Shown here one piece after another: positions 1 to 9,814 of a stretch of DNA of 64,000 nucleotides (its first letter is position 1; the number at the start of each line of letters is the position of its first letter). A program made the translations under genes and the position numbers. Source of the DNA: an uncultured bacterium (GTDB taxonomy: Bacteria > UBA8481); assembly GCA_964499705.1 (NCBI GenBank), contig CAZCME010000004.1, positions 1-64,000 on the forward strand. The letters are read 5' to 3'. The notes below the pieces were generated by a model. The model was not told the DNA's origin. It worked only from the letters and a program-made list of their open reading frames with translations, and searched no databases.

Positions 1-72
<72 letters not shown>

Positions 73-91
73 CGGGACGTTGGTGGCCGGT

Positions 92-120
92 ACTATAATC
101 AATAAGCACGTAACGGTAAA
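92..120 (-). promoter_or_regulatory. Candidate sigma70 promoter of tRNA-Phe
   Basis: Minus strand TTTACC-N17-TATAGT, about 20 nt upstream of the tRNA. Confidence 0.5.
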
Positions 121-378
121 TCGTTGTTTGATTTGCGCGCCGCGACATACCGATATGTTCGAATGAAATGGCATTCCATTAAAGTGGCCAGCTCCATCCT
201 GCGCCCGATCACTTGGATAGCATTCACGTGGAATCCGTCTTTCACCTCAAAACCGCGCAGGATTGCACGCTTCCTTCCTTCGACTGAATAAATTGCCGGC
301 ACCTGCTTTTTTCCCCGTGAATACATCACGGATCATCCCGAAACTGGCGGCACGACTTTCGTCGATAACTGTACAATT

Positions 379-404
379 CTAGACACCTGTCTAGTATTAG
401 ACAC
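379..404. promoter_or_regulatory. Inverted repeat CTAGACA-CC-TGTCTAG plus a repeated TAGACAC half-site; candidate activator site
   Basis: Perfect 7-bp arms at 379-385 and 388-394, second TAGACAC at 398-404, in an AT-rich intergenic stretch upstream of comEA. Confidence 0.45.
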
Positions 405-444
405 TTTTGTAATATGCTCATATTGATATTATTGCACTTACGTT

Positions 445-460
445 TGGCATGCGACTTGAA
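445..460 (+). promoter_or_regulatory. Candidate sigma54 (-24/-12) promoter of the comEA-ssb-like operon
   Basis: TGGCATG-CGAC-TTGAA versus consensus TGGCACG-N4-TTGCW; GG-N10-GA variant. Confidence 0.45.
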
Positions 461-472
461 TAGTTCATTGTC

Positions 473-1117
473 ATGATTCGAGAAAACCTTGAGATGATTC
501 CGGTCGCCATCATCATGGCCTTCACGCTCTATTTCGGAACAGCCGCCGGGCATAAGTCACGCATCGAGCACGTCCCTGTCGCGGCAGCCAAGGCTCAAGG
601 TTCCTCCCTGCACTCAGCAGTGACCGCGGCCGTTCCCGCTTCTCGAGACAAAGCAGAAATAGCGACCATCATGGGAACTCTCCTGCCTGACTTCCCCGAA
701 ACGACAACGGTTGCTCCCCGGGAACTTCCAGATCACGATCCGTCCGTAAAACCACGGGAGTTCATCGGTCGTCAAGCGCCTCGCGCGGGCGTTCCGTTCT
801 ATTCTTCCGCGGATATCCCGACTCAAAGCGCGCGAGAATATTCCGCGCCGGCCGCGATCGCGCGGGGCGGGGGGGGATCCGTTGCTCCGCAAGCGGAATT
901 TGCCGGACCGCGGGATCATGCGGACGGCAAGATCAATTTGAATTCCGCCTCATTGAGCGACCTGATGAATATTCCCGGAATCGGACGGACACGGGCGGAA
1001 ACCCTGCTGGCGGCGCGGCCTCTCCCCGGATTCCACGACTGGATGGAGATCGACCGCCTGCCGGGATTCGGGGCAAGCACGATCCAGATGATGAAGATGT
1101 ATCTGAACCTGAAATGA
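473..1117 (+). CDS. comEA: ComEA-family helix-hairpin-helix DNA-binding protein (start may be ATG 494)
   Basis: N-terminal hydrophobic anchor, Pro/Ala linker, C-terminal KINLNSAS..DLMNIPGIG..RAE..L..R...F....IDRLPGFG HhH domain. Confidence 0.8.
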   Translation: MIRENLEMIPVAIIMAFTLYFGTAAGHKSRIEHVPVAAAKAQGSSLHSAVTAAVPASRDKAEIATIMGTLLPDFPETTTVAPRELPDHDPSVKPREFIGRQAPRAGVPFYSSADIPTQSAREYSAPAAIARGGGGSVAPQAEFAGPRDHADGKINLNSASLSDLMNIPGIGRTRAETLLAARPLPGFHDWMEIDRLPGFGASTIQMMKMYLNLK

Positions 1118-1129
1118 GGAGGTGACACC

Positions 1130-1459
1130 ATGAACCTTGTGATTCTGGATGGGAAGATCAGCTCGATGATCGAGCGATCGGTCGACCCTCGGCGTACGCT
1201 GGCCCGCTTCACCGTGGCGACACACAGCGGCGATGAAGTCGGCATTGAAGTCCGCGGCAGCGGAGCCGAAAAGCTCTGCAAGGAATGGGAGCCGGGCGAC
1301 ACAGTCGAGATTCGCGGTCGCCTGACAACCGCCGGTTATGTCGCGGCCGACACCATCAGGCGGCTGCGGCCAAGCGAACCAGGAGCACCGGCGCAGATCG
1401 GATGGAGTTTCTTTCGGGGGCCGGCCGGGAGGGGCAATGTCGCTTTAGCGATGGCGTGA
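1130..1459 (+). CDS. Short SSB-like OB-fold protein
   Basis: MNLVILDGKI...ARFTVAT...GAEKL....PGDTVEIRGRL matches the SSB pattern; strong SD GGAGGT; no acidic C-terminal tail. Confidence 0.65.
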   Translation: MNLVILDGKISSMIERSVDPRRTLARFTVATHSGDEVGIEVRGSGAEKLCKEWEPGDTVEIRGRLTTAGYVAADTIRRLRPSEPGAPAQIGWSFFRGPAGRGNVALAMA

Positions 1460-1624
1460 CATGTCCTTGCTTAAGGCTGATAAGCCAGGGGGGCGTCAGC
1501 GTCATGTCATGACGTCACATTCAGAAATATCCTGGAAGAATCTTCTTCGGGGGCATTTTTCATCTCACTCATTCCTGTCGGAAATCCCCCGGATATGTCA
1601 GACTCTATCTGTAATCGAGCCTGC

Positions 1625-1706
1625 GCGAGGATGGCGGAACTGGCAGACGCGCCAGACTTAGGATCTGGTCCCGAAAGGGGTGGGGGTTCAAGTCCCTCTC
1701 CTCGCA
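1625..1706 (+). tRNA. tRNA-Leu (TAG); CCA not encoded
   Basis: GCGAGGA/TCCTCGC acceptor stem, CCAGA-CTTAGGA-TCTGG anticodon arm, long variable arm, GGTTCAAGTCC T-loop. Confidence 0.97.
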
Positions 1707-1763
1707 GGTCGCGGGTAATTTCCCTGCTGACCCGATAAACAGCATCACCGGCCCGCGGCCTGC

Positions 1764-1812
1764 CGGTGGCCGGCGGCCGGCGGTCGGCGGTCGGCGGCAG
1801 GCAGCCGGTGGG
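1764..1812. repeat. About 7 degenerate copies of a 7-bp GC-rich unit (CGGYGGY)
   Basis: cggtggc cggcggc cggcggt cggcggt cggcggc aggcagc cggtggg between tRNA-Leu and the murA stop. Confidence 0.6.
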
Positions 1813-1824
1813 TCAGGATCTGGA

Positions 1825-3096
1825 TCAGTTCGCGGTATCCCGATCCCGATGGATGTTCGCGCCCAGGGCAGCGAGTTTCTCTTCGAAACGCTCGTAACCT
1901 CGGTCGATATGATACACCCTCGTCACGCTGGTCCGGCCTCGGGCGACGAGCCCTGCCAGGATGAGCGCGGCGGATGCTCTCAGATCCGATGCCATCACTT
2001 CCGCTCCGGACAGAACCCGGACTCCCTTGACTCGCGCCGTGCCGCCCTCGATCGTGATGTCGGCGCCCAGCCGGCGGAGCTCCGCGACATGCATGAACCT
2101 GTTCTCGAAGATCGTCTCGTGATAGAGCGATTCGCCTTCGGTGATGCATGACAGCGCCATCAGTTGCGCCTGGAGGTCAGTCGGAAATCCCGGGAAGACT
2201 TCGGTCCTTACTTCCACAGGCTGCAGCTTGCCACCGGGCAGGACCCGGATCGAGCGGGCGTCGTCATCGTATTCCAGGCGCACCCCGGCCCTTTCCATCA
2301 TGTCGAGAAAAGACTCGAGATGCACGGTCGGCATCGGAGCCACGGTCACGTCGCCGCCGGTGATCGCCCCCGCCACGAGAAATGTTCCGGCCTCGATCCG
2401 GTCGGGCATGATGGAATAGGTCGACCCTTCCAGCGATTCCTTTCCTTCGATCTCGATCGTCTCCGTCCCGGCTCCTGTCACTTCGCCGCCCATGGAGTTG
2501 ATGTAGTTGGCCAGGTCGACGATCTCCGGTTCGCGGGCGCAATTTTCGAGGATAGTTCTTCCCTCCGCCAGGGACGCGGCCATCATCAGGTTTTCGGTCG
2601 CTCCCACCGACGCGAAATTCATCCGGTATGTTCCGCCCTTCAATCGTTCCGCTTCCGCGATGACATAGCCCCCTTCGATCCGGATGTCGGCGCCGAGCGC
2701 GGCCAGCCCGTTCAGATGTATATCGATCGGACGCGTGCCGATCGCGCAGCCGCCCGGAAGCGAAACGCGCGCACGCCCCAGCGTGGCAACCAGGGGGCCG
2801 AGAACGAGAATGGAGGCGCGCATTGTCTTGACCAGCTCGTAGTTGGCTTCCGGCTGATTCACGGTGCGCGTGGAGATCGTGGCGACACCGAAGTTATCCA
2901 GCATGACCTTGGCGCCCAGGGTCCGGAGCACGGCGACCATCGACTTGATGTCGCGGATATGCGGGACGTTTTCCAGGCGGACACGACCGCGCGCCAGGAT
3001 CGTGGCGGCCATGATCGGCAGCGCTGAATTTTTCGCGCCGGACACCCGCATGGTGCCTTTCAATCTTCTGCCCCCTTCAATGATGATGCGATCCAT
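1825..3096 (-). CDS. murA: UDP-N-acetylglucosamine 1-carboxyvinyltransferase
   Basis: SGAKNSALP, LPGGCAIGTRP (catalytic Cys), FPGFPTDLQAQ, FENRFMH, DLRASA, HIDRGYE. Confidence 0.98.
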   Translation of the reverse strand: MDRIIIEGGRRLKGTMRVSGAKNSALPIMAATILARGRVRLENVPHIRDIKSMVAVLRTLGAKVMLDNFGVATISTRTVNQPEANYELVKTMRASILVLGPLVATLGRARVSLPGGCAIGTRPIDIHLNGLAALGADIRIEGGYVIAEAERLKGGTYRMNFASVGATENLMMAASLAEGRTILENCAREPEIVDLANYINSMGGEVTGAGTETIEIEGKESLEGSTYSIMPDRIEAGTFLVAGAITGGDVTVAPMPTVHLESFLDMMERAGVRLEYDDDARSIRVLPGGKLQPVEVRTEVFPGFPTDLQAQLMALSCITEGESLYHETIFENRFMHVAELRRLGADITIEGGTARVKGVRVLSGAEVMASDLRASAALILAGLVARGRTSVTRVYHIDRGYERFEEKLAALGANIHRDRDTAN

Positions 3097-3100
3097 AGTC

Positions 3101-4018
3101 TTATCCCATGCTCCCGATCAGATATCGTATTCGGCCGGTCAAGTCCGCCTGGAATTTCCAGACAAGGTTTTTTCCGCAGCCCGAGACACAGCGTCCCAGC
3201 CAGGCCTCGAATTCCTCGCGCTGATCCTCGCCGATTTCGTAGATCAGTCTCGCCGATGTACCCGCGCTTCCGGCAGCCAAGTATTCTTCGGCCGATTGTA
3301 TGGATCTCTCGATGAGCTCGCGACCTGTTTTTCCACCCCGGAGCGCCAGCTTCGGTTCCCAGTCGCGCACATCCTCGGGTAACGCGGCATCATCCGGCAC
3401 ATAAGGCAGATTCGCCGCGATCCAATCGTATTTTCGCTCGCCGCATGCCGGGTCCGGATAGAGATCCGCTTTCACGACTTCAATCCGGTCGGACAGGCCA
3501 TGCCGGGCGACGTTCCGTTTCGCGATGTCGAGCGCCGACTCGGATACGTCCACTGCGGTGATCCTCACCCGCGGCCGATTCAATCCGACCGCGATGGCGA
3601 TGGCTCCGCTCCCGGTTCCCTGGTCCAGCAACCTCCCTGCCGCATCCGGAGGAATCATCTTCATCACCAGTTCCACAAGCTGTTCCGTCTCCGGCCGCGG
3701 AATGAGAACGTCCGGCGTCACGACGAGGTCGATTCCCATAAAGGAAGCCTCGCCGATCACGTAAGCCAGCGGCTCGCCGCGGGCGCGCCGGGCAATGAGA
3801 GACCGGTAGACAGCCCTCACACGGTCGGTAACGCGACCGTCCTCCAGCAGGAACAGCGGATCTCGACCGGCCGAGACGGCCGCCGCCTCCAGCAGCCACC
3901 GCGCTTCGCGCGCCGGCAGATTCTTGTGATTCGATCTGTCGATACCGGCGAGCAGGCCGCGCAATTGACCGGCTCCCCAGCGGATCGCGGAAGAATAATC
4001 GGTGAACGCCGCGGGCAA
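3101..4018 (-). CDS. prmC: Release factor glutamine methyltransferase
   Basis: RRARGEPLAYVIG, VLIPRPETE, DQGTGSGAIA, ANLPY; lies downstream of prfA. Confidence 0.95.
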   Translation of the reverse strand: MPAAFTDYSSAIRWGAGQLRGLLAGIDRSNHKNLPAREARWLLEAAAVSAGRDPLFLLEDGRVTDRVRAVYRSLIARRARGEPLAYVIGEASFMGIDLVVTPDVLIPRPETEQLVELVMKMIPPDAAGRLLDQGTGSGAIAIAVGLNRPRVRITAVDVSESALDIAKRNVARHGLSDRIEVVKADLYPDPACGERKYDWIAANLPYVPDDAALPEDVRDWEPKLALRGGKTGRELIERSIQSAEEYLAAGSAGTSARLIYEIGEDQREEFEAWLGRCVSGCGKNLVWKFQADLTGRIRYLIGSMG

Positions 4019-4038
4019 GGTGAATTCCGAAGCGGCGT

Positions 4039-5136
<1,098 letters not shown>

Positions 5137-5166
5137 GCGACAAAGAGGTGCCGCGGGAATCCGCGG

Positions 5167-5376
5167 TTAGCGGAGATGAGCGTCGGCGTATTTCCGCCGG
5201 AAGCGCTCAACGCGGCCGGCCGTATCGACGAGCTTCTGCGTGCCCGTGTAGAAGGGATGGCACGCCGAGCAGATATCAACGTGGATTTCCTTCTGCGTCG
5301 ACCGCGTGGAGAACGAGACGCCGCAGGCGCAGCGAACCGTGCACTCCTGATACGTGGGATGTATTTCCTTTTTCAT
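5167..5376 (-). CDS. rpmE: 50S ribosomal protein L31 (Zn-binding CxC/CxxC type)
   Basis: MKKEIHPTY...CACG...[25 protein letters not shown]. Confidence 0.98.
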   Translation of the reverse strand: MKKEIHPTYQECTVRCACGVSFSTRSTQKEIHVDICSACHPFYTGTQKLVDTAGRVERFRRKYADAHLR

Positions 5377-5445
5377 GACGATGATCCTTTTCCTCGAAAA
5401 CTTGTGCCCGCCTCGTGAATCGGGCGGGCTCCAAAAAGCCGAACA

Positions 5446-5474
5446 ATACTACCGCTTTGTCAGGGAAGACGCAA
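5446..5474 (-). promoter_or_regulatory. Candidate sigma70 promoter of the rpmE operon
   Basis: Minus strand TTGCGT-N17-TAGTAT. Confidence 0.45.
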
Positions 5475-6401
5475 TATCTTTGAGGAGCCCATTTCCGGCG
5501 CATTCATCCGCCCCGGCACCCCGCTGCCCAGGGCTTCTCCCATCAGATCGGGCGAGATGGCCCGGGGATCGGCTTCCTGGACCGGAGCCGACTTCATCGA
5601 CGCGACGCCGGAATAGTGGAGCCTCGTTACGAGCGCGTAGCGCAGCAGCATCTGCTCGCTGCCGGGAGCGGGATTCACGCGGATCATGATCGATCCGTCC
5701 GCGGAAACGGGCATGTAAAGGCGTTCGGCCAGGAGTCCGCGCCGGCGGGATACAAGGCTCCAGCCGGAACCGTCCGGTTTCGAGCCGACTCCGAGGTCCG
5801 CGTCGCCATGAACCGGAAACAAGGCCACGGACAGCACATACCCCGCCGGTACGCGCGTTCGGAAAAACCGCTCACTCATGGCCTCCACCGGCACCACGCG
5901 ACCGAGCGGAATGTCGACCGCGGTAGCTTCGGATCGACCATCACTCGAACGCTCCGGCGCGAAATACTCGACGGGCGGGGCGACAGGTTTGGCCATCTCC
6001 ACTCGAGAGGCTTCCAGGGACCCCTTCAGGCGAAATTTCGCTGACCGACCGAAAGGGGAAATGGCGCGGACGAGATACTTGTCCCCGCGTGAGACCCGGA
6101 TCGATATTTCCTCCGGGGCCAGGCCTTCCCTGCGGGATTCCACGGCGGGACTGCCGGAGTAATGGACTACCGTAAGATCCACTTCCCCATCGACCGGCGT
6201 CAGAGTGATATCCATGATTCCGCTCTGCGCCGCGGTGAAGGAATAGTAGAGAGAATTGCGAACCGTGGACGAAATCTCAGCCGAGCCGAGCTCGATGGCC
6301 ATCGCGGGAGTCATCCCCTCGCCGTCTCCCTGCGCCGGCAGGGCAAGAAGAACCAGCGTGGAAAAAACGGCGGCAAGGTATGTGATGCGGCGATCAGTCA
6401 A
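5460..6401 (-). CDS. Secreted protein with two PPC-like beta-sandwich repeats
   Basis: Signal peptide; two repeats, YYSF..A...ITLTPVDGEVDL...SRREGLAPE and FFR..VP...VALFPVHGDADL...SRRRGLLAE. Confidence 0.6.
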   Translation of the reverse strand: MTDRRITYLAAVFSTLVLLALPAQGDGEGMTPAMAIELGSAEISSTVRNSLYYSFTAAQSGIMDITLTPVDGEVDLTVVHYSGSPAVESRREGLAPEEISIRVSRGDKYLVRAISPFGRSAKFRLKGSLEASRVEMAKPVAPPVEYFAPERSSDGRSEATAVDIPLGRVVPVEAMSERFFRTRVPAGYVLSVALFPVHGDADLGVGSKPDGSGWSLVSRRRGLLAERLYMPVSADGSIMIRVNPAPGSEQMLLRYALVTRLHYSGVASMKSAPVQEADPRAISPDLMGEALGSGVPGRMNAPEMGSSKILRLP

Positions 6402-7305
6402 GGCTCTTCACCAGAAGAACGTAATCGCCCATTCCCTGTATGGATATCCAGTAAAAGCCGGACGTGGGCGCCGGAACGACAATGCGCTTCATAGGCTCGT
6501 CGCCCATGCGCGTCATATCGAGACCCGGCTTCTCCGAAGCGATCCGCAGGGCGAAATTTCCGGAGAGCACGACTTCAAAGGAAGCGCGGTTCGGGGCGTA
6601 CACGCGGAAGGTCTTGACCGCGGGCGGCTGCGAGGGAGCCAGGTCCCCCTGGGCGATATCTCCGAAGATGAGCGTGGCCTTGTCATCCGCAAAGGGAACG
6701 AATCGCTTCGCAGGCGGCATGGTCACAATTTGGGTTTCCTGGATGACGGGCGGCGCAGGCTTTGAAACCTCAGGAGCGGGTTCCGACACGGGTGCCTGTT
6801 CGACGGGTTTCGGCATGACCGGCTCGGGAGGTTTCGCGGGAACAACCGGTTCCGGTTGCGTCATCTCTCTCGGCACGACAACGGGCACGACGGGCATCAC
6901 GGGCTCGATCCGAAGAGGAACCTCCATGAGGCTCGGGTCCGTCACAATCTCCCCGAGCCCGTAGTTCGTCGTCACAACGACTCGTTCCTTTGATCGCGTG
7001 CGGAGCCGGATCTCGACGGAACCGGAAGTATAGATCGGGATGACGCACTCCGCCCGTCCCGCTTCGGGCATGATCTGGGACCAGACTTCATCGGTGCCTG
7101 CCTGAAGTTCCAGCAGGCCCGGCGCTTCCGCATGAATCCAAAGAAGCGACGGGCCTGCGACTTCGATCGACAATTTGATCTCGCCGGGTGAAACGATGGA
7201 GAGGCGCGTACCCGCAGGATAAGACTCCGCACCGGCGCTCACGGTCATAAACAGGAGCAAGCACAGGACGAGTGAAAAATGTCGATGCGAGACGGAGGAC
7301 GGCAT
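6394..7305 (-). CDS. Secreted hypothetical protein with a Pro/Val-rich linker
   Basis: Signal peptide ending SAGA-E; central PV/EP-rich region; overlaps the next gene by 8 nt. Confidence 0.6.
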   Translation of the reverse strand: MPSSVSHRHFSLVLCLLLFMTVSAGAESYPAGTRLSIVSPGEIKLSIEVAGPSLLWIHAEAPGLLELQAGTDEVWSQIMPEAGRAECVIPIYTSGSVEIRLRTRSKERVVVTTNYGLGEIVTDPSLMEVPLRIEPVMPVVPVVVPREMTQPEPVVPAKPPEPVMPKPVEQAPVSEPAPEVSKPAPPVIQETQIVTMPPAKRFVPFADDKATLIFGDIAQGDLAPSQPPAVKTFRVYAPNRASFEVVLSGNFALRIASEKPGLDMTRMGDEPMKRIVVPAPTSGFYWISIQGMGDYVLLVKSLD

Positions 7306-7420
7306 GGAAGGAATAGTAGTCAGCCTCAGGCGACGTGTCTATATCGACGCCTCGAAAAAATGGGTGGAAGTTCGCGCAAGCGCCTGCGGGGGCAAGGGGG
7401 CCCGAATCCGGCAGGCTCGT

Positions 7421-8272
7421 TCAGCGGCGGGCGAGATATTTCTGAGGATTGATGCGTGTGCCGTGCCGGATGATCTCCAGGTGAACGTGCGGGCCGGTGG
7501 AATGGCCGGAAGACCCGACCTTGGCGATCACGGAGCCTTTTCTGACTTTGGCTCCGGCCTTGACGAGATTGGCGGAATTGTGCGCATACCGTGAAACCAC
7601 GCCGTCGGGATGCCGGATATCCACGCACCAGCCATAGCCTCCGCGCCGGCCGCTGAACGCGATAACACCCTCCCTCAGGGCGTGGATCGGTGAGCCGAGT
7701 GGTGCCGCAAGGTCCATCCCGCAATGGAATCGTTTGCGGCCCGTAATGGGATGCCGGCGGAATCCGAAACGTGAAGTCAGCCTGCCTGCCACGGGCCATC
7801 CTCGGACGGATCGCGCGGCTTGACCCGCGCGGCGGCTCCTGGTTCTTTCCCGGACGGACGCCCTGCGAACCGCCACGGTATTCGGCACTTCGCGAGATCG
7901 CGCTGTCCGGGCCGTCGCATTATTCCTGGCTGTCCCACGCGCGGGTGAGGCGGAACTTCGGCTTCCGGAGTTTGTCCTGCCGGAGGATCGTGGAGCATTC
8001 TCCGCCTGCGACAGGACTCGGCCTTCCTCTTCATCCAGGTCGTCTCCCTCGTTCCCCTGGAAGACGATCGAACCCAGCTTACCGATATCTGAACCCTTGA
8101 TCCCGGGAAAGGTCGATGCGAATTCCGGGAGAGCAAAGGACGCGTCGAGGGCGTCTTCGTCGGACAGACGGGTGGCGGACAAGGCCTGGCGGACGCCGGT
8201 CAGGAGCAGAAATGTGGCTCCCATGAAAATGATTGCCCGCCCCAGGCTGTGTCTGTCCCATTCCTGATTCAA
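7421..8272 (-). CDS. M23-family metallopeptidase (peptidoglycan endopeptidase)
   Basis: WPV.G.LTSRFG.R.HP, HCGMD (HxxxD), YAHN, GHSTGPHVHLE (HxH); TTG start with SD GAGGT. Confidence 0.9.
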   Translation of the reverse strand: MNQEWDRHSLGRAIIFMGATFLLLTGVRQALSATRLSDEDALDASFALPEFASTFPGIKGSDIGKLGSIVFQGNEGDDLDEEEGRVLSQAENAPRSSGRTNSGSRSSASPARGTARNNATARTARSREVPNTVAVRRASVRERTRSRRAGQAARSVRGWPVAGRLTSRFGFRRHPITGRKRFHCGMDLAAPLGSPIHALREGVIAFSGRRGGYGWCVDIRHPDGVVSRYAHNSANLVKAGAKVRKGSVIAKVGSSGHSTGPHVHLEIIRHGTRINPQKYLARR

Positions 8273-8399
8273 CCGCGACCTCTGTCGTTTAGAGAGTTTG
8301 TGAAGCCTTGAGCAGCTTTGATTTTTATCGGAAGGACGGAGGGCGAACTGGAGGGGGAAAGTTTGGGAGGCCTTGTGATAAGTTCAGCAGTGACTCGCT

Positions 8400-8681
8400 C
8401 TACCTTGCGGAAGAAGAATTGTATGCCCTGGCAAAGAGGACGGCGCTGTCGGGATTAACCATGACTTCCTCCACGGCCTGTCGAAATTCCGTTTCGTTGT
8501 ATCCTTTCGCGGACAGAATCTTTGTCGCCTCATCCGGCGATACGAATTCCACTTCGGCGGCGACCCGGCCCAGGGAAGCCGCATCCATGGGAGGTTTATC
8601 GGAACAACCCGGGATCAATGAAATCGCCATTAACGCCGCGATCGGAAATGACGGTGACTTTGTCCAGGTGATTGAATTCAT
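8400..8681 (-). CDS. Small putative lipoprotein
   Basis: Hydrophobic leader with IPG-C lipobox; ATGA overlap with the upstream gene. Confidence 0.55.
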   Translation of the reverse strand: MNSITWTKSPSFPIAALMAISLIPGCSDKPPMDAASLGRVAAEVEFVSPDEATKILSAKGYNETEFRQAVEEVMVNPDSAVLFARAYNSSSAR

Positions 8682-9250
8682 GGCCTTCTCCTCGAAACGG
8701 AATGAGGATTTGCTCGTGGCCCACGCGGCGCCAGATCCGACCGGCCGCGATGCTCCTCGTCCTGTCTTACTTCCTCGGAACGCTCATGGCCTCGCGCCGG
8801 ATGATCAGTCTTGTCTTTCGGACCTCGGCCATGGTCATCGTGAATGGTGATCGCAACGATCGAGCCGTCCGCGTTTCGAACCTGGCCTGGAATTCCCCGC
8901 CGGGCCTGCTCCGCATGAATGGCGTCGGCCAGGGCGCGTCCTCTCAATCCACGGGCATGAGCATCCTGCACGAAGGATCCCATTCCCCTTCCAGTGCGCT
9001 CCGTTCTGTCACCAGCCAGCGCCTTGAACAAGCTGCCAATGACCGTGTTCGATACTCCGTCCCGCTTCATGCTCCTGACCGCGTCTCTGGCGACATCGGG
9101 ATCGATCTCTCCCATGCTGACAGCCGTGCCGATGGCCGCCGCCCCGTGGATGGCGGCCAAAGTCTCCGGATCCAGAGCGTATGCGGATGTGGTGGACAGA
9201 CATAATACGGCCAGCGAAACCGTAGCGAAAAATGTGAGTTGTCGATTCAC
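8678..9250 (-). CDS. Secreted hypothetical protein with a His/Arg/Asp-rich tail
   Basis: GTG 9250 preceded by AGGAGGT; signal peptide ending SAYA-L. Confidence 0.6.
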   Translation of the reverse strand: MNRQLTFFATVSLAVLCLSTTSAYALDPETLAAIHGAAAIGTAVSMGEIDPDVARDAVRSMKRDGVSNTVIGSLFKALAGDRTERTGRGMGSFVQDAHARGLRGRALADAIHAEQARRGIPGQVRNADGSIVAITIHDDHGRGPKDKTDHPARGHERSEEVRQDEEHRGRSDLAPRGPRANPHSVSRRRP

Positions 9251-9277
9251 GATGCATCCACCTCCTGACAATCGATG

Positions 9278-9294
9278 TTGCATCGGTCATGCCA
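9278..9294 (-). promoter_or_regulatory. Candidate sigma54 promoter
   Basis: Minus strand TGGCATG-ACCG-ATGCAA with exact GG-N10-GC spacing, just upstream of the SD of the 9250 gene. Confidence 0.6.
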
Positions 9295-9439
9295 ATCTGG
9301 AAAGAAGCAGCGACTCGATCAGCTACGGCTACGACCAGGACAAGTGCGGATGAACCGGAATTGTTCGTTCCCGAAGTGATTTCAAAGCGGGATGGACATC
9401 GGTGAACGCGAAAGGAAACCCTGCTTTTTGAATCCTGCG

Positions 9440-9772
9440 TTACACCCCGAAGGAGCTCCCGCATCCACAGGTCTTTGTGGCGTTGGGATTATTGAAGACG
9501 AAGCCCTTGCCCATCAGGCCGTCCTGGAAATCGAGCGTCATGCCCGACAGATACAGATAGGACTTGGGATCCACGAAGACGCGGACTCCGCCGGATTCGA
9601 AGACCTGGTCCTTCTCGGTGGGAGCCTCGGCCAGGCTGAGAGAGTAGGAGAATCCGGAGCATCCGCCGCCCTTGACGGCGACACGGAGCCCGGAACTGGC
9701 CGACGGAAGCTTTTCCTGCTCCATCAATTTCTGAACCTGGCTCGCCGCTTTTTCACTGACTGCAATGCTCAT
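9440..9772 (-). CDS. iscA: A-type Fe-S cluster carrier (IscA/ErpA/HesB family)
   Basis: GGGCSGFSY, FVFNNPNATKTCGCGSSF. Confidence 0.95.
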   Translation of the reverse strand: MSIAVSEKAASQVQKLMEQEKLPSASSGLRVAVKGGGCSGFSYSLSLAEAPTEKDQVFESGGVRVFVDPKSYLYLSGMTLDFQDGLMGKGFVFNNPNATKTCGCGSSFGV

Positions 9773-9814
9773 CTCTCTTCACTCCTCTTGGAAATTCATA
9801 ACCATTATACCAGA

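Noticed and set aside
99-553. Small minus-strand ORFs 99-329 and 326-553
   Set aside because: They show no recognisable motifs and overlap a promoter-like AT-rich intergenic region.
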